A stretch of 59,100 nt of DNA from Flavobacteriales bacterium (GTDB lineage Bacteria > Bacteroidota > Bacteroidia > Flavobacteriales_F > PHOS-HE28), in assembly GCA_041745875.1 (NCBI GenBank), contig JBGTIB010000234.1:1-59100 (forward strand), given 5' to 3'. Below, in pieces: positions 10,001 to 19,690 of this stretch. The first letter of the stretch is position 1; every line of letters begins with the position of its first letter. The notes below the pieces were generated by a model that had not been told where the DNA came from, made no database searches, and saw only the letters and a list, made by a program, of their open reading frames with translations. The translations under genes were made by a program, and so were the position numbers.

Positions 10001-12044
10001 GCCCGTTGCCATTGAAATAGAGTGCCGATCCACCGACACTTCCACACGCGGTACTGATCGTTCCACCCTGAACTGCGTTCCACAGTCCGCCGGGCGCCGA
10101 GTTGAACTGGTCATGGGCCAACACGCGACGGGCGCTGCTGGCAAGTTGCGTGGAGGCACCGAGGCATATCGTTGAGGGCTCCGCTGAGACGGTCAGGTCC
10201 ACGACCGTGGAAGGAGTGACCTGTACCAGCACACTATCCAACAGGTTGCCGCAACCACTGGGGCTGATCACTTCGACCGTATACCACGTGTCGACCATGG
10301 GTGTCGCCACTGGATCGGAGATCGTGGGGTCGCTGAGTGAACCGGCGGGCGACCATTGGATCTGGAACCAAGCCGGGTCGGGTGGGGGCTCCAATGCCAG
10401 TTGCACGGGTTCGTATTGGCAGACCATTGCATAAGGCGCATCGTTCGCCGTGAGCACGGTAGGGATCGTGAGCGGGACCCCGACATTGAAGGTGAAACTG
10501 CGGGGGCATCCACTCGACGGCTGTTCGCCGCTCACGGTGTAGCTTTCACTGGAGGTCGGGGTAACGGTCAGACTGTTGCCCGTGGCGATCACGGTACCAG
10601 GGTCGCTGTCGGCCACCCAAACAGGGTTCAACAAAGGTTCGGGTGCGTTCAGTGTAAGGGGGCCTCCACCACAGACGACGGAGTCCTGGGGTACTACAGG
10701 TGCTGCGATATCGTGTGCGGTCGTTGCATAGCTCTCTCCGAAACCCATTCCGAACGCGTGGAGTTGGAAGCCGCTCGACGCCTGTACCCTGTGTACTCCT
10801 GCGGGCACCACCATGCTTGCGTAGGACCGATCCGAACAACCGGGATATGCCTGGAAAAGGGCGGGGTTGACAAGGTTCCCGTTCAATGTCAATTGCCCTA
10901 CGGAAGCCGTCGGCACCACCAGACTGATACTATGAAGGTTGATCTGCGGCGAGGTGGGGGTCTGGAACAGAGCGCTTTTGGAAAGCCGATCGGCTGGGGA
11001 TAGCAACAAGAGGGATGGATCGCCATTGCCGGCACAGGCATAGCCCTCCATGATCTGTACAACGCTCACCGGCTTGTTCGCCTCAATGCATACCGGCGTG
11101 GAATTGCCGTTCACCTCATGCCGCTGTCCTGCGTTCAGGATGAAGGGTGCACCGCCCGCAATGGTCACGGAGGTATTGTTCTCATCGGCCATGATCCGGA
11201 AGGTGCTGCTCGAGGCTCCGGAGATGGGAACTGTGAAGTAGCGCGTACCCCATGCGGAGCGCGGTATCGATTGTTCGAAGATCACATCGCATGCGGAACA
11301 GGCGCCTGGTGCTGTGGCACACATGGACCCGCCCATCACCACGAAGGGGCGGCATTCGCCACTTGCGGCAGTGGCCTCCACCAAGGTGCCTGTTAGATCG
11401 AGGAAGTCCTGGGCAGCCTGTACCTGGTACGTTTCGCCGGCGTCCAATTGTACCGTGAAGGGAATACCTGCAGGATTGCCACCCAGCGTATTCACGGAAG
11501 GTGTTATGCTCACCTCGGTGCCGTCCACGGTAGCCACCACCAGCAACTCGCTCTTGTGCAGGTTGTTGAAGTTCGGCAATCCGTGGTATCCGTCCACCCT
11601 GTAACTGTTCCCCAACGAGGACTCGGGGAGGACCTGTGTCAGATCATGCGTGAAATTCTGGAAACTGCTGATGAATACATTGACGCTATCGGCGGATTCG
11701 ATCAGGACACCTTTGTTCAACACGTTCTCCGAGCCCCAGTTCTCCGCGCTCGTGGGTACCGATACCACGGTCGCTCCGTTGGCATTCACAGAGAACGGAG
11801 CACTCCAGCCGGTCAGGGGCATGCTTACGGTACCCGATGTAGCGGAGGATCCCATGATGTGCACCTTGAGCTGTTGTGCGCCGAAACCGTTCTGCATGTA
11901 GCCGGTCCAGAAACGCTTGCCACGGGTGGGCAGGAGCACTCCGCTTTGAGCGCTGGCACCCAGTTGGCTCAGTATGAGGAGCCACAAAGCGACAATTCTG
12001 GTTAGGGAAACCACTGAAAATAAAGGGGTTTGGCGCTGCTTCAT
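7029..12044 (-). CDS. Large T9SS-secreted adhesin-like protein: IgGFc-binding N-terminal domain, reelin-repeat-like domain, Ig-like repeats, type B (gliding motility-associated) CTD
   Basis: Signal peptide ending GASA-Q; GKRFWTGY...GDPSLLLL IgGFc-binding pattern; many LDAGNPGxxYxWSTG repeats; C-terminal YLPNTFTPNGDGINDIF...FDRWG...DVYVW. Confidence 0.9.
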   Translation of the reverse strand: MKQRQTPLFSVVSLTRIVALWLLILSQLGASAQSGVLLPTRGKRFWTGYMQNGFGAQQLKVHIMGSSATSGTVSMPLTGWSAPFSVNANGATVVSVPTSAENWGSENVLNKGVLIESADSVNVFISSFQNFTHDLTQVLPESSLGNSYRVDGYHGLPNFNNLHKSELLVVATVDGTEVSITPSVNTLGGNPAGIPFTVQLDAGETYQVQAAQDFLDLTGTLVEATAASGECRPFVVMGGSMCATAPGACSACDVIFEQSIPRSAWGTRYFTVPISGASSSTFRIMADENNTSVTIAGGAPFILNAGQRHEVNGNSTPVCIEANKPVSVVQIMEGYACAGNGDPSLLLLSPADRLSKSALFQTPTSPQINLHSISLVVPTASVGQLTLNGNLVNPALFQAYPGCSDRSYASMVVPAGVHRVQASSGFQLHAFGMGFGESYATTAHDIAAPVVPQDSVVCGGGPLTLNAPEPLLNPVWVADSDPGTVIATGNSLTVTPTSSESYTVSGEQPSSGCPRSFTFNVGVPLTIPTVLTANDAPYAMVCQYEPVQLALEPPPDPAWFQIQWSPAGSLSDPTISDPVATPMVDTWYTVEVISPSGCGNLLDSVLVQVTPSTVVDLTVSAEPSTICLGASTQLASSARRVLAHDQFNSAPGGLWNAVQGGTISTACGSVGGSALYFNGNGQRYAQTIGFNTQNGGEVRFHLKIADGVAPCSDANPGEDVVLEYSNNNGFAWNNIATFQENAYPGFTPIQLALPSAALTTNTMLRLRQLTHSGAGQDNWAVDDFMVIAVDNDWLDYQWLPASVTNPTDPTTQASPTGTGWFKILGTDPAAGCQYSDSVLVLVEPAFDLSVNNDTILCAVAGIQLLAVANTTLDLDWSWSPNNGTISNITVPDPTVTPQETTTYTVTALSATGCGATDQVTITVGQLLDLSIIVTNDTLCQGQSTMLNALASGGANLSYSWNNAGSLNDPSSPAPVATPTSTTTYLCTVTDIPSGCSLSSSVTIVVNTGYTATVGPDVTLCTALGHQLGVQHNVPNAAYSWSPASNLNAANIQTPSILVDASATYTATVTDQNGCSVSDAVIITRAFDGVPAQLQASGCADAPPTLAAPAAGTSYAWNTGATSQSIIPGTSGPHTVTITDAQGCTAITTFNVTLFELPTVDIGPDVSLCGATAHVLNAGNPGSTYAWTTGASVQQISVTSSGPYGVTVTNANGCAASDQATVQFNPLPVNNLQDETACMDSPPVLNAGNPGSSYVWSTGDVTPSIQPATSGIYSVTVTTPQACSATFSATVTLMPTLNVFLGNDTSICAGNSVVLDAGNAGASFTWSNGSNGQTLNTGSSGTYGVTVSNGWCSASDVIDLIVLPAPTNALSNITTCEDQSITLDAGNPGGEFLWSTGATSQAIQPTASGTYGVVVTNIHGCTGTFSSTVEMVAPPVVDLGQDAVHCAGETLELHAGGPGNTYTWNTGSSSSTLAVTSSGLYHVLVNNGYCIRGDSIYVHFDPVPDRIHTRIHYVCLDEEPREVYLDAGNAGAEFLWSTGETTQGISVDRYGWYTVKITNDFACSLTDSVEVNEYCPSAIYLPNTFTPNGDGINDIFIPVGKNIASMELLVFDRWGGVMFQSNSPDIGWDGTYRGEVVKNDVYVWRIRYRFLEDVNGRLGMEQELMGHIQVLR

Positions 12045-12165
12045 GCTTTTCCACCCGGTGTCCGGCAAGGGTGGCGGGCGTTCTACGGCCGAGACGAAGA
12101 TATAGTTTGTCGACGAATTGACAACATTCGTCGAAGAAAGAACTTCGTTCAGCGATAGGGAAGGG

Positions 12166-13767
12166 CTATTCGACGTCCCATTCGATGCCCAGGTCCCAAG
12201 CGGCACGCACGTTCAAAGTGCCCGTAAAACGCCACACGCGCTCGGGCTGCAGTCCGGCATCCAGATCTCCCGTGTCCCAGCGACCATTGGCATTCTCATC
12301 CGCTATCAAGCGCAAAGAGAAGTTCCCTGGAGCGAGTCGTTCCCACTTAACGGTCGCCCCTTTGCTGGGCGGTTCCGCTACCCGTACTACGCGGCCTTGC
12401 GCATCGAGCAATTGGAGAATGAAGGGCCCTGATATGTTCTTGTCGGGGACGAGCTTCACCCGCAGTGTACCCGTACTCTGTTCGGCAGCCCGCCCGATGC
12501 CGGTGCGCAACGTGTCGTTGTACCCGTCGAATAGGTCGCGCACCGCCTTGGGGAGCAGGACAAGCTGAGCGGATGACCCAGGCCCCAACGCACTGCGCAG
12601 GGTCAATGTCCGACGGGTCGCGGTATCCAGTTCCAGTGTGTATGGTATGTAGATGCTGTCTTGAACAAGCTTGATCCGGGTGGTATCGAACGATGTCAGT
12701 GGTCGGGTGGAACGGATGTATACGACGCCCCCCGTGCTATCCTCGCGAAGTGCTGCCTGGAGGCCTGTGTGGAACGCCAGCTTGCCCGTGGGGCGGTATC
12801 GGACCGTATCCAGCGAAATGCCGTCGACCATTATCTCATAGCGTCCTTGCTGGAGTGCTGTGGTGTCACTCGGCCATAGAAGGACCGTATCGCGCGTGGT
12901 GTTCCATTCCGGGGTCCATTTCAGGACACCACCGGTGCGTGCGATATCGTGGATCGCCAGGTCCCTGGTCGACCTGGCCATCACAAGTTGAAGCGCACCA
13001 TCGGCGGAAACACGCGATCCTCGCACCTGCTGCACCTTGCCCGGTTCGGAGAAGAGCCGTAGTTCATGCACGAGCGCCAGACTGTCGCCGATCTGCGCGG
13101 AAACCGGTTCAGAAAGGAAGGCGATCTGTTCATTGGGCAGGTCGAACCTGTAGTTCGTGTTCATATCGCTCAAGGCGTACAGGTGGTAGTTCGCTGCGCG
13201 CAAATGGTTCAGGACGAAGCGCCCTGTTTCATCGCTCCTTCCTGCGTAGGCCGGTCTTCCGGTACGGATGGTGGTCGTATCGCCCACGGCGTACAGCATC
13301 ACCAATTGCCCTTTTTGAGGCTCCCCAGTGAAGGCATCCGTAACTCCCCCCACCACGATCAGGCTATCCACGAATTCGCCTGTGGATACCACGTAGACCA
13401 GCCCCTTGGCCGGATTTCCTTCAGTCAGGTCCTTCACTGCCTCCCCAATACCGAAGGAATAGGTGGTTCCGGGTTTCAGGGGTGCGCCCAGATCGATGGT
13501 GACGTTACGGCCTCCGGTGATCCGCACATCAGGTGGGACATCCAGCGGCGGTGAGACAAGCATCCTATCCCGGACGCGATCCAATTGGATGCGCTCATCG
13601 AACTGGAGAACAATGCGCTGGCCCTTGAAACCCGTGCTGAGGTGAGGTGGCTCAGCGCCCAACAGCACCGGTGGATCCTCGTCCTTGGGGCCTCCTGAGA
13701 TCTCACCCACTTGTGCACAGGACGACCCCAGCAGCACCAGGGTGGCAAGCCATGGGATCGAACGCAT
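12166..13767 (-). CDS. Ig-like (Big_5) domain lipoprotein
   Basis: Lipobox GSSC, CAQVGEISGGPKDEDPP, FDERI, C-terminal DENANGRWDTGD. Confidence 0.85.
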   Translation of the reverse strand: MRSIPWLATLVLLGSSCAQVGEISGGPKDEDPPVLLGAEPPHLSTGFKGQRIVLQFDERIQLDRVRDRMLVSPPLDVPPDVRITGGRNVTIDLGAPLKPGTTYSFGIGEAVKDLTEGNPAKGLVYVVSTGEFVDSLIVVGGVTDAFTGEPQKGQLVMLYAVGDTTTIRTGRPAYAGRSDETGRFVLNHLRAANYHLYALSDMNTNYRFDLPNEQIAFLSEPVSAQIGDSLALVHELRLFSEPGKVQQVRGSRVSADGALQLVMARSTRDLAIHDIARTGGVLKWTPEWNTTRDTVLLWPSDTTALQQGRYEIMVDGISLDTVRYRPTGKLAFHTGLQAALREDSTGGVVYIRSTRPLTSFDTTRIKLVQDSIYIPYTLELDTATRRTLTLRSALGPGSSAQLVLLPKAVRDLFDGYNDTLRTGIGRAAEQSTGTLRVKLVPDKNISGPFILQLLDAQGRVVRVAEPPSKGATVKWERLAPGNFSLRLIADENANGRWDTGDLDAGLQPERVWRFTGTLNVRAAWDLGIEWDVE

Positions 13768-14252
13768 CAGAATGTTCGAGAAAGGATCTTACACAGTTCC
13801 TCCAACGAACGCACATCCAAGTGAGAGAAGTCGTTCGGATCGCTGCTGTCGATGTCCAACACGGCCACGACCGTTCCAGCGCCATCGCGTACTGGCACCA
13901 CGATTTCCGATCGACTGTGTGGACTGCAGGCGATGTGCCCTGGAAAAAGGTCCACATCGGGGACCACCAGGGTTCGGCCCTCCTTCCAAGCTGTGCCGCA
14001 TACACCCTTGCCGAACGGGATCCGCGCGCATGCTACAGGTCCTTGAAAGGGCCCCAGCAGGAGTTCGTTACCCGAGACCCGATAAAAGCCCACCCAATGC
14101 CATCCGAACGCTTGGTGGATCACGGCGGCCAAATTGGCCATTGCGGCGATGGCATCCTCTTCCCCCGCCAACAAGGCTTCCGCTTGGGGCAATAGTGCAG
14201 CGTGGATCGCGGCCCTGTCAAGCTTATCCGGTACGGTGATGGAGGCTCTCAT
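13767..14252 (-). CDS. msrC: GAF-domain free methionine-R-sulfoxide reductase
   Basis: WVGFY, LGPFQGPVAC, GKGVCG, FPGHIAC, SEIVVP; TACCTTTG promoter at 14262-14269. Confidence 0.88.
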   Translation of the reverse strand: MRASITVPDKLDRAAIHAALLPQAEALLAGEEDAIAAMANLAAVIHQAFGWHWVGFYRVSGNELLLGPFQGPVACARIPFGKGVCGTAWKEGRTLVVPDVDLFPGHIACSPHSRSEIVVPVRDGAGTVVAVLDIDSSDPNDFSHLDVRSLEELCKILSRTF

Positions 14253-14273
14253 GAATGGCCGCAAAGGTACCTG

Positions 14274-14981
14274 CTAAGCGCAGGCTACAGTGCACAAGCT
14301 GATGCGCAGCCCCGGGACATCCGACAGGGCTTTCACACATCCTTCGAGGGTGGCACCCGTTGTGACCACATCGTCCACCAACAAGAGGTGCCGGTCCTTC
14401 AACCGATCCGGGTCGGTCATCTGAAAGGCCTCCTTCACATTGGTCCAGCGATCCCATCTCCCTTTGCGCGTTTGCGAAGGCGTGCGCACCACACGCATCA
14501 AACCCGACCCGACACAGGGGAGGGGCCATACTTCGCGCATGCCATCCACCAGGATCTGACTTTGGTTATACCCGCGCATGCGTTGCTTGCGCGGATGCAA
14601 AGGCACAGGCATGAAGGAATCCACCCCCGAGAAGCGCGGACATTCCATGAGTTCCTTCGCCATAAGCCTGCCCAGGACATGCCCCACCGTGCGGTCGCTC
14701 CGATACTTCAGGCGGTGCAGCATGCGTTGCACCTTGCCCGAGCGTGAGAAGTGGAGCAAGGCTGTGGAGGACTCGAGTTGCACTTTGCCCCAGAAGAGTT
14801 GTTCCACCCGATTGTTCGGATCGCCATGGAAACGTGTGCGAGGCAGGTCGCGCATGCAGCCCAGGCACAGACTCTCCTCGAACCGCATGAGGCCGGTGTC
14901 GCAAGCTGCGCATCGGCGTGGCAGGAAGAGCGACACCAGGTCGCTTGCCCAAAGCTTGAGGGATGGCTTTTGCGGGTTCAA
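14274..14981 (-). CDS. comF: ComF family protein (zinc ribbon + phosphoribosyltransferase fold)
   Basis: CAAC/CLGC, VPLHP..RGYNQS, LLVDDVVTTGAT; start uncertain (TTG 14981 chosen). Confidence 0.9.
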   Translation of the reverse strand: MNPQKPSLKLWASDLVSLFLPRRCAACDTGLMRFEESLCLGCMRDLPRTRFHGDPNNRVEQLFWGKVQLESSTALLHFSRSGKVQRMLHRLKYRSDRTVGHVLGRLMAKELMECPRFSGVDSFMPVPLHPRKQRMRGYNQSQILVDGMREVWPLPCVGSGLMRVVRTPSQTRKGRWDRWTNVKEAFQMTDPDRLKDRHLLLVDDVVTTGATLEGCVKALSDVPGLRISLCTVACA

Positions 14982-15066
14982 TACTTTGTTGATAAGCGGC
15001 AGGGTGGCGGAAATGACCTCCGAACCGCGGGAGTAATTTAGCACCCTCTTAGCCCCAACGGCATCC

Positions 15067-15987
15067 ATGGAACAACAAAGTGCACCGACCCCCCCTGTCG
15101 AGAAGAAGAACCGAGCGAACACGGGCCTGCTACTTCTGGTGGTGCTCCTGCTGATCAGCAACGTGGTGATGCTGTGGCTGCTGATGCAAAGCAGGACCGA
15201 GGGTGAGACCAAGGCCGCCCGGATCGACCAGGTGACCACCGAGAAGGAGAACGTGACCTTCCTGTTGGAGAACATGCTTGCCAGCTACGACACCTTGCAA
15301 ACCGAGAATGACCAGATCACCGTGGAGATGGAGGCCCAGCGTGACCAGATCGAGCAGTTGCTGACCCAGGTGAAGCGCGGCAACTACGACCTGTCCAAGG
15401 CGCGCAAGGAGGCCGAAACGCTCCGCAAGATCATGAAGGGGTATGTGGTCACCATCGATTCCCTCAACCAACTCAACCAGATGCTGACCGCCGAGAATGT
15501 CACGATCAGGCAGGAGTTGGGCGAAGTGGTGGGGCAACGCGAGGCGTTGTCCAGCAAGGCGCAGGCGTTGGAGGGCCAGCTCGCGCAAGGGGCGATCCTT
15601 CACACCACATCCATGAACGCGAACGCACTGTTCATGCGCGGCAATGGCAAACAGGTCGAGACCGATCGTGCGAAGAAGGCCGAAATGGTGAAGTGCTGTT
15701 TCACCTTGGGTGAGAACCGGGTTTCCAAATCGGGCGACAAGACCCTGTACCTGCGCGTGATCAGCCCCGACGGCAAGGTTCTACCTGCTGCCGATAGCGA
15801 CAACCGCTTCAGTTTCGAGGGTGTTGAAGGTGAGTTCAGCGCACGCCGGGAGGTGAACTACCAGAACAACCCGGTGGACGTCTGCATCTTCTGGAATGGT
15901 ACCGAAGAAATGCGTACCGGACTCTATAACGTGGAGATCTATGAGTCGGGTGCGCTCGTCTCGAAGACCTCCTTCACGCTGAAGTAA
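15067..15987 (+). CDS. Membrane-anchored coiled-coil hypothetical protein
   Basis: N-terminal TM helix, long heptad region, C-terminal beta-rich domain; coding-like codon usage. Confidence 0.8.
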   Translation: MEQQSAPTPPVEKKNRANTGLLLLVVLLLISNVVMLWLLMQSRTEGETKAARIDQVTTEKENVTFLLENMLASYDTLQTENDQITVEMEAQRDQIEQLLTQVKRGNYDLSKARKEAETLRKIMKGYVVTIDSLNQLNQMLTAENVTIRQELGEVVGQREALSSKAQALEGQLAQGAILHTTSMNANALFMRGNGKQVETDRAKKAEMVKCCFTLGENRVSKSGDKTLYLRVISPDGKVLPAADSDNRFSFEGVEGEFSARREVNYQNNPVDVCIFWNGTEEMRTGLYNVEIYESGALVSKTSFTLK

Positions 15988-15990
15988 AGC

Positions 15991-18900
15991 TCAGAAGAAG
16001 GCCCGGACCTGTGCTCCACCCACGTGGATCATAGGGACGCCTTCGGAACGGCGTCCGTTGTAGGTGATATCCACCTGAAGGTTGTTGCTTAGGTTGCGTT
16101 GCACGCTTACGCTCCAGGTAAGGTTGGTGCCAGGTTTGAGGCCGGTGAGCAGTTCGTTGCCCAAAGAGGAGTTCACCTCACCATCGTAGGTGATGGCCAC
16201 CACGTTCAACGTGCTGAGGATACTGCCTTTACCCACGGTATTGTATCGAAATTCCGCACCGATATCCTGTAGGACGGCGACCTCGCCACCGAATTCCTCC
16301 TTGTTCCGCTTCTCCGTGTATTTGAAGGAGACCACGGCCCGCAGTGAGGTGTTCGGCTGCCATGTGATCTTGGGCTTCACCCCCTGCTGATCGATCGAGA
16401 AGGTGCGCCCAGCAAGCAGGTCGGAACCGTTCGACACGCGTCCGGTCTCGCCCTCCACCTCGGCGGTCCATTGCCGTGTGGTGTTCCACCGCACACGGGC
16501 GGTGTTGAACTCCCGCGCGCGCGATTCGAAGCCATTGAGGAGGAAGGAGCGGCTCCGGTCGTTCTGCCAGGTATGATCCATGCTCCACTTGCGACTTGTT
16601 CGATCGTAGTACAGGGTATTTCGGGCTGATGAAACGAAGGAGGTGAGCAAGGTGTCGGAAAGGTCCAGTCCGAAGGGGTTGAGCGCTTCGATCACCTCGG
16701 TTGCGCCGGTCTTGCGGTCCACTCTGAAGGAAGCAAGGTCGCTGAACTTGGCCAGCACCTTGCGGATGCCCGTGCTCTCGGCCCAGAGTACGGCAGGGCG
16801 CAGGTCGAGCGAACTGCTGAACTGATTGCTGAAAGCCCTTACGAATTCGGTGCTTGGCACGAATACCCGGATGAAGTTCGCCTCATACCCGAAGTTGGCC
16901 AGTTCGAACTCGTTGAGGTCCTTGATGCCATCGTTGTTGTAGTCGATCCAGACATACAGCCCCTGACCGGCCGGTACTTCCAGATAGATGTACTCGCGAC
17001 GTGGTTCCAGCCCGGAGCCGAACTCGTAGAAGGTGGCTAGTACCGCTGCACCCTTCCACAGAGTGACATTGTAATCCAGCCTGGCGAGATAGGTGTCCTC
17101 CGGCTGTTGGGCCGTGAGCGTACTATCCACGATGGAGAGGCTCCTGTACGTGAATGTCGTACCCAGACGGTTCCTGGGATTCCGGGCAAGGTCGAGCCCA
17201 AGGCTGTACGCATTGGCCACAGTGCTTTGCTGAAGCCCACCTTCGCGCACCACCCTTTCGCGACGCTGGCCTGCGGAAACGCGCCACTTGTTGCGGAAGG
17301 TGTCCGGGCTCTGTACGAAGGCCTCCCAATCATAGAATCCGTAGCTGCCTGCGTTCAGTGAATCCGGTGTGGCCGAAAGGAAGAGATTGCGTTCGTGCTC
17401 ATCGAGATACCCCACGGTGAAGTGTTTGAATCGGTGCGCCAGCCTTCCCTTGTGCCTGAGGAAGTCGCTTTCCCGTGGTTCCTTCGTACGCAACCAGGCG
17501 CCTGTGCCGATCAGTTCCGTACCCCCCACACGCAGGTTGCTGGTCACATCCTGCTTCCATCCGCTGAATCGATCCGTTGCCTGGAACGTGTTGGTCGCAT
17601 AGTGGAACTGACCGATCCGACGACCGCGGACACCCATGCGCGCGGTCGCAAGCAGTTGATCCGCATCCAATGCGATACCCTGTGCGTTCCAGTTGCGTTC
17701 GAATTCGACCGAACGGTAGCGTTCCACGAACCGGAAATCACGTGATGTGGACTCCACCTCAGCCCCGACCACGAATTGAAGGGAGGTGTCCTGCCGGCTG
17801 ATCCGGAAGGCATGTTCCATGTTCGCCATCACGGCAAGACCTTGGTCGTCGCCAGCATCCTCTTTGCTGAAGGTGTTCCGATCATTGTTGCTGTAAGCGA
17901 TCTCCACACTACCCTTGGTCAGGTCCGTGAACCGATGGTCCACCCCCAGGGTGATGAGTTGTTGCTTGCGCGGTGGGATCAGTACGCGCACCGGTGCATG
18001 GTCCCCCCGTCGCACCACGGTACCGTTCACAGTGTCCGGGGCCACCCAACGGAACACGCGACCGTTCGGGGTGAATTCCTGTTGAACATAATCACCAAGG
18101 CCAGCACCCACCTGGGTGAAAATGAGCCTGTAGACGGCATTCTCCGGATCGGTACTGTAGAGATAGACCGGGAAGTAGCCCAAGGTGTCGATCTGCTGGT
18201 ACAGGACCTGGTCCGTTGCGAACCCCGTGCTGTCCACGCCAGGTACAGTGGCTGCCAGGGGATCATCACCTGCAAGGCTGAGCACGTCGCGCTCCTCGTC
18301 GGTCAATTGCTGTTGCAGGGGCTGGTTCCGGTGATCTTGTTCACTGTACAGGTTGAATCGTATGGCGCTCCGCTTACCGATCTCCGTGATGTTCTCCAGC
18401 CGTACCAGGGAGCGCGCGTAGTTCTTGTCCGAATACTGGAACTCCACGGTGATGCGTCGATCCTTGGTGATCATTCGTCTGGCAGTGAAGGTGATCTCGG
18501 CGGTATTGTAGTCGATGACGTAGTCGTTCTCCTGCCCACGCAACAATTGCTGCCCATCGATGAACACCCGTTCGGTACCGCTGAGGACCACGATGAAAAG
18601 CTCGCCATCGTTACCCCTCAGACGATAGGGCCCCTGTACACCCTCCACACCTTGGACCAACTGACGGGCGAACTTGCCTTTGCTGATGGCCACACTGGCC
18701 CCCACCGTGTTTTGCAAGCCGGTGGTGGGTCTCAGCCGGGTTCCATAGCTCAGGCCCTTGGTCTTTTTCAAATAAGTGAGGAAGTGGCTCTTGGGCCGTT
18801 GGAGCACGAAGTCCCCGGCGATCAACTCCCACTTGTTGCCAGGAACTTCAACATCCTCCTCGAACAACTTGATGAATACCTGATCGAAGTCCTGTAGTTC

Positions 18901-19542
18901 GAGCGTATTCCCCCCGGCCTGGATGGGGATGTTGTTGTCCGTGATGGACGCCAACACATTGATCCTGTCCGTGATGCGCCCGCTGAGCTCGAGGTTCAAG
19001 GAGGAGTTCACCGAAAGGTCCTGGTTGTTGCCGAAGAGGATCCCGCGCGATATGCTGCCACTGCGTTCGAGGCCCGCCCCTCCGAGGAGGTCGCTCCGAT
19101 CCCGGGGCGGGGTGTAGCGGAAGGGGTCGTTGCGATCTCCGGAGAGCGTGAGCGTTCGCGCAGGATCCTTGTGGCTTCGCACACCGCTCAACAGAAGGGG
19201 AAGCACCCTGTACCGGACGAAGACCGAATCGGATCCGGGGGCTGTGGTCCAGATCAACCGGGCATTGAACGGATCCACACTGAACTGCGCATCACCGACC
19301 GGCAGCCCATTTGCGTAAAGGTGAAGACTGCCCGGAACGATGGACAAGGTGTCCAACACGAGGGTATCGCCGGCAAGCGGCAACCACCGGGTTCGCAGGT
19401 TCGATCCTGTTTGTGCGAATGCTCCTCCACCGATCGCCAAGGCGACAAGGCCGGTGAGCCATCGGCCGGGCAGGTTGCGGCGCGGTGACCGCCCGATCGA
19501 AGCGGTCAATGCATACAAGTGGCCATGGAACACGGAAGGCAT
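15991..19542 (-). CDS. Large hypothetical outer-membrane protein
   Basis: Signal-like GLVALAIGGGAFA-Q, amphipathic beta strands, C-terminal VRAFF; start uncertain. Confidence 0.8.
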   Translation of the reverse strand: MPSVFHGHLYALTASIGRSPRRNLPGRWLTGLVALAIGGGAFAQTGSNLRTRWLPLAGDTLVLDTLSIVPGSLHLYANGLPVGDAQFSVDPFNARLIWTTAPGSDSVFVRYRVLPLLLSGVRSHKDPARTLTLSGDRNDPFRYTPPRDRSDLLGGAGLERSGSISRGILFGNNQDLSVNSSLNLELSGRITDRINVLASITDNNIPIQAGGNTLELQDFDQVFIKLFEEDVEVPGNKWELIAGDFVLQRPKSHFLTYLKKTKGLSYGTRLRPTTGLQNTVGASVAISKGKFARQLVQGVEGVQGPYRLRGNDGELFIVVLSGTERVFIDGQQLLRGQENDYVIDYNTAEITFTARRMITKDRRITVEFQYSDKNYARSLVRLENITEIGKRSAIRFNLYSEQDHRNQPLQQQLTDEERDVLSLAGDDPLAATVPGVDSTGFATDQVLYQQIDTLGYFPVYLYSTDPENAVYRLIFTQVGAGLGDYVQQEFTPNGRVFRWVAPDTVNGTVVRRGDHAPVRVLIPPRKQQLITLGVDHRFTDLTKGSVEIAYSNNDRNTFSKEDAGDDQGLAVMANMEHAFRISRQDTSLQFVVGAEVESTSRDFRFVERYRSVEFERNWNAQGIALDADQLLATARMGVRGRRIGQFHYATNTFQATDRFSGWKQDVTSNLRVGGTELIGTGAWLRTKEPRESDFLRHKGRLAHRFKHFTVGYLDEHERNLFLSATPDSLNAGSYGFYDWEAFVQSPDTFRNKWRVSAGQRRERVVREGGLQQSTVANAYSLGLDLARNPRNRLGTTFTYRSLSIVDSTLTAQQPEDTYLARLDYNVTLWKGAAVLATFYEFGSGLEPRREYIYLEVPAGQGLYVWIDYNNDGIKDLNEFELANFGYEANFIRVFVPSTEFVRAFSNQFSSSLDLRPAVLWAESTGIRKVLAKFSDLASFRVDRKTGATEVIEALNPFGLDLSDTLLTSFVSSARNTLYYDRTSRKWSMDHTWQNDRSRSFLLNGFESRAREFNTARVRWNTTRQWTAEVEGETGRVSNGSDLLAGRTFSIDQQGVKPKITWQPNTSLRAVVSFKYTEKRNKEEFGGEVAVLQDIGAEFRYNTVGKGSILSTLNVVAITYDGEVNSSLGNELLTGLKPGTNLTWSVSVQRNLSNNLQVDITYNGRRSEGVPMIHVGGAQVRAFF

Positions 19543-19690
19543 ACGCAGTGGCAGGGTGAATATTACCCGATGCTGGTCCTGGGCATTGGTCGGCGTGGGT
19601 TCCATCAACAGTGGGCTGGTGATGGCGCGGAGCAGCGGTCCGGTAAATGTCGGGGTTGCCCGGGTATTTTTGGCGGGTAAGGCACTCCTG

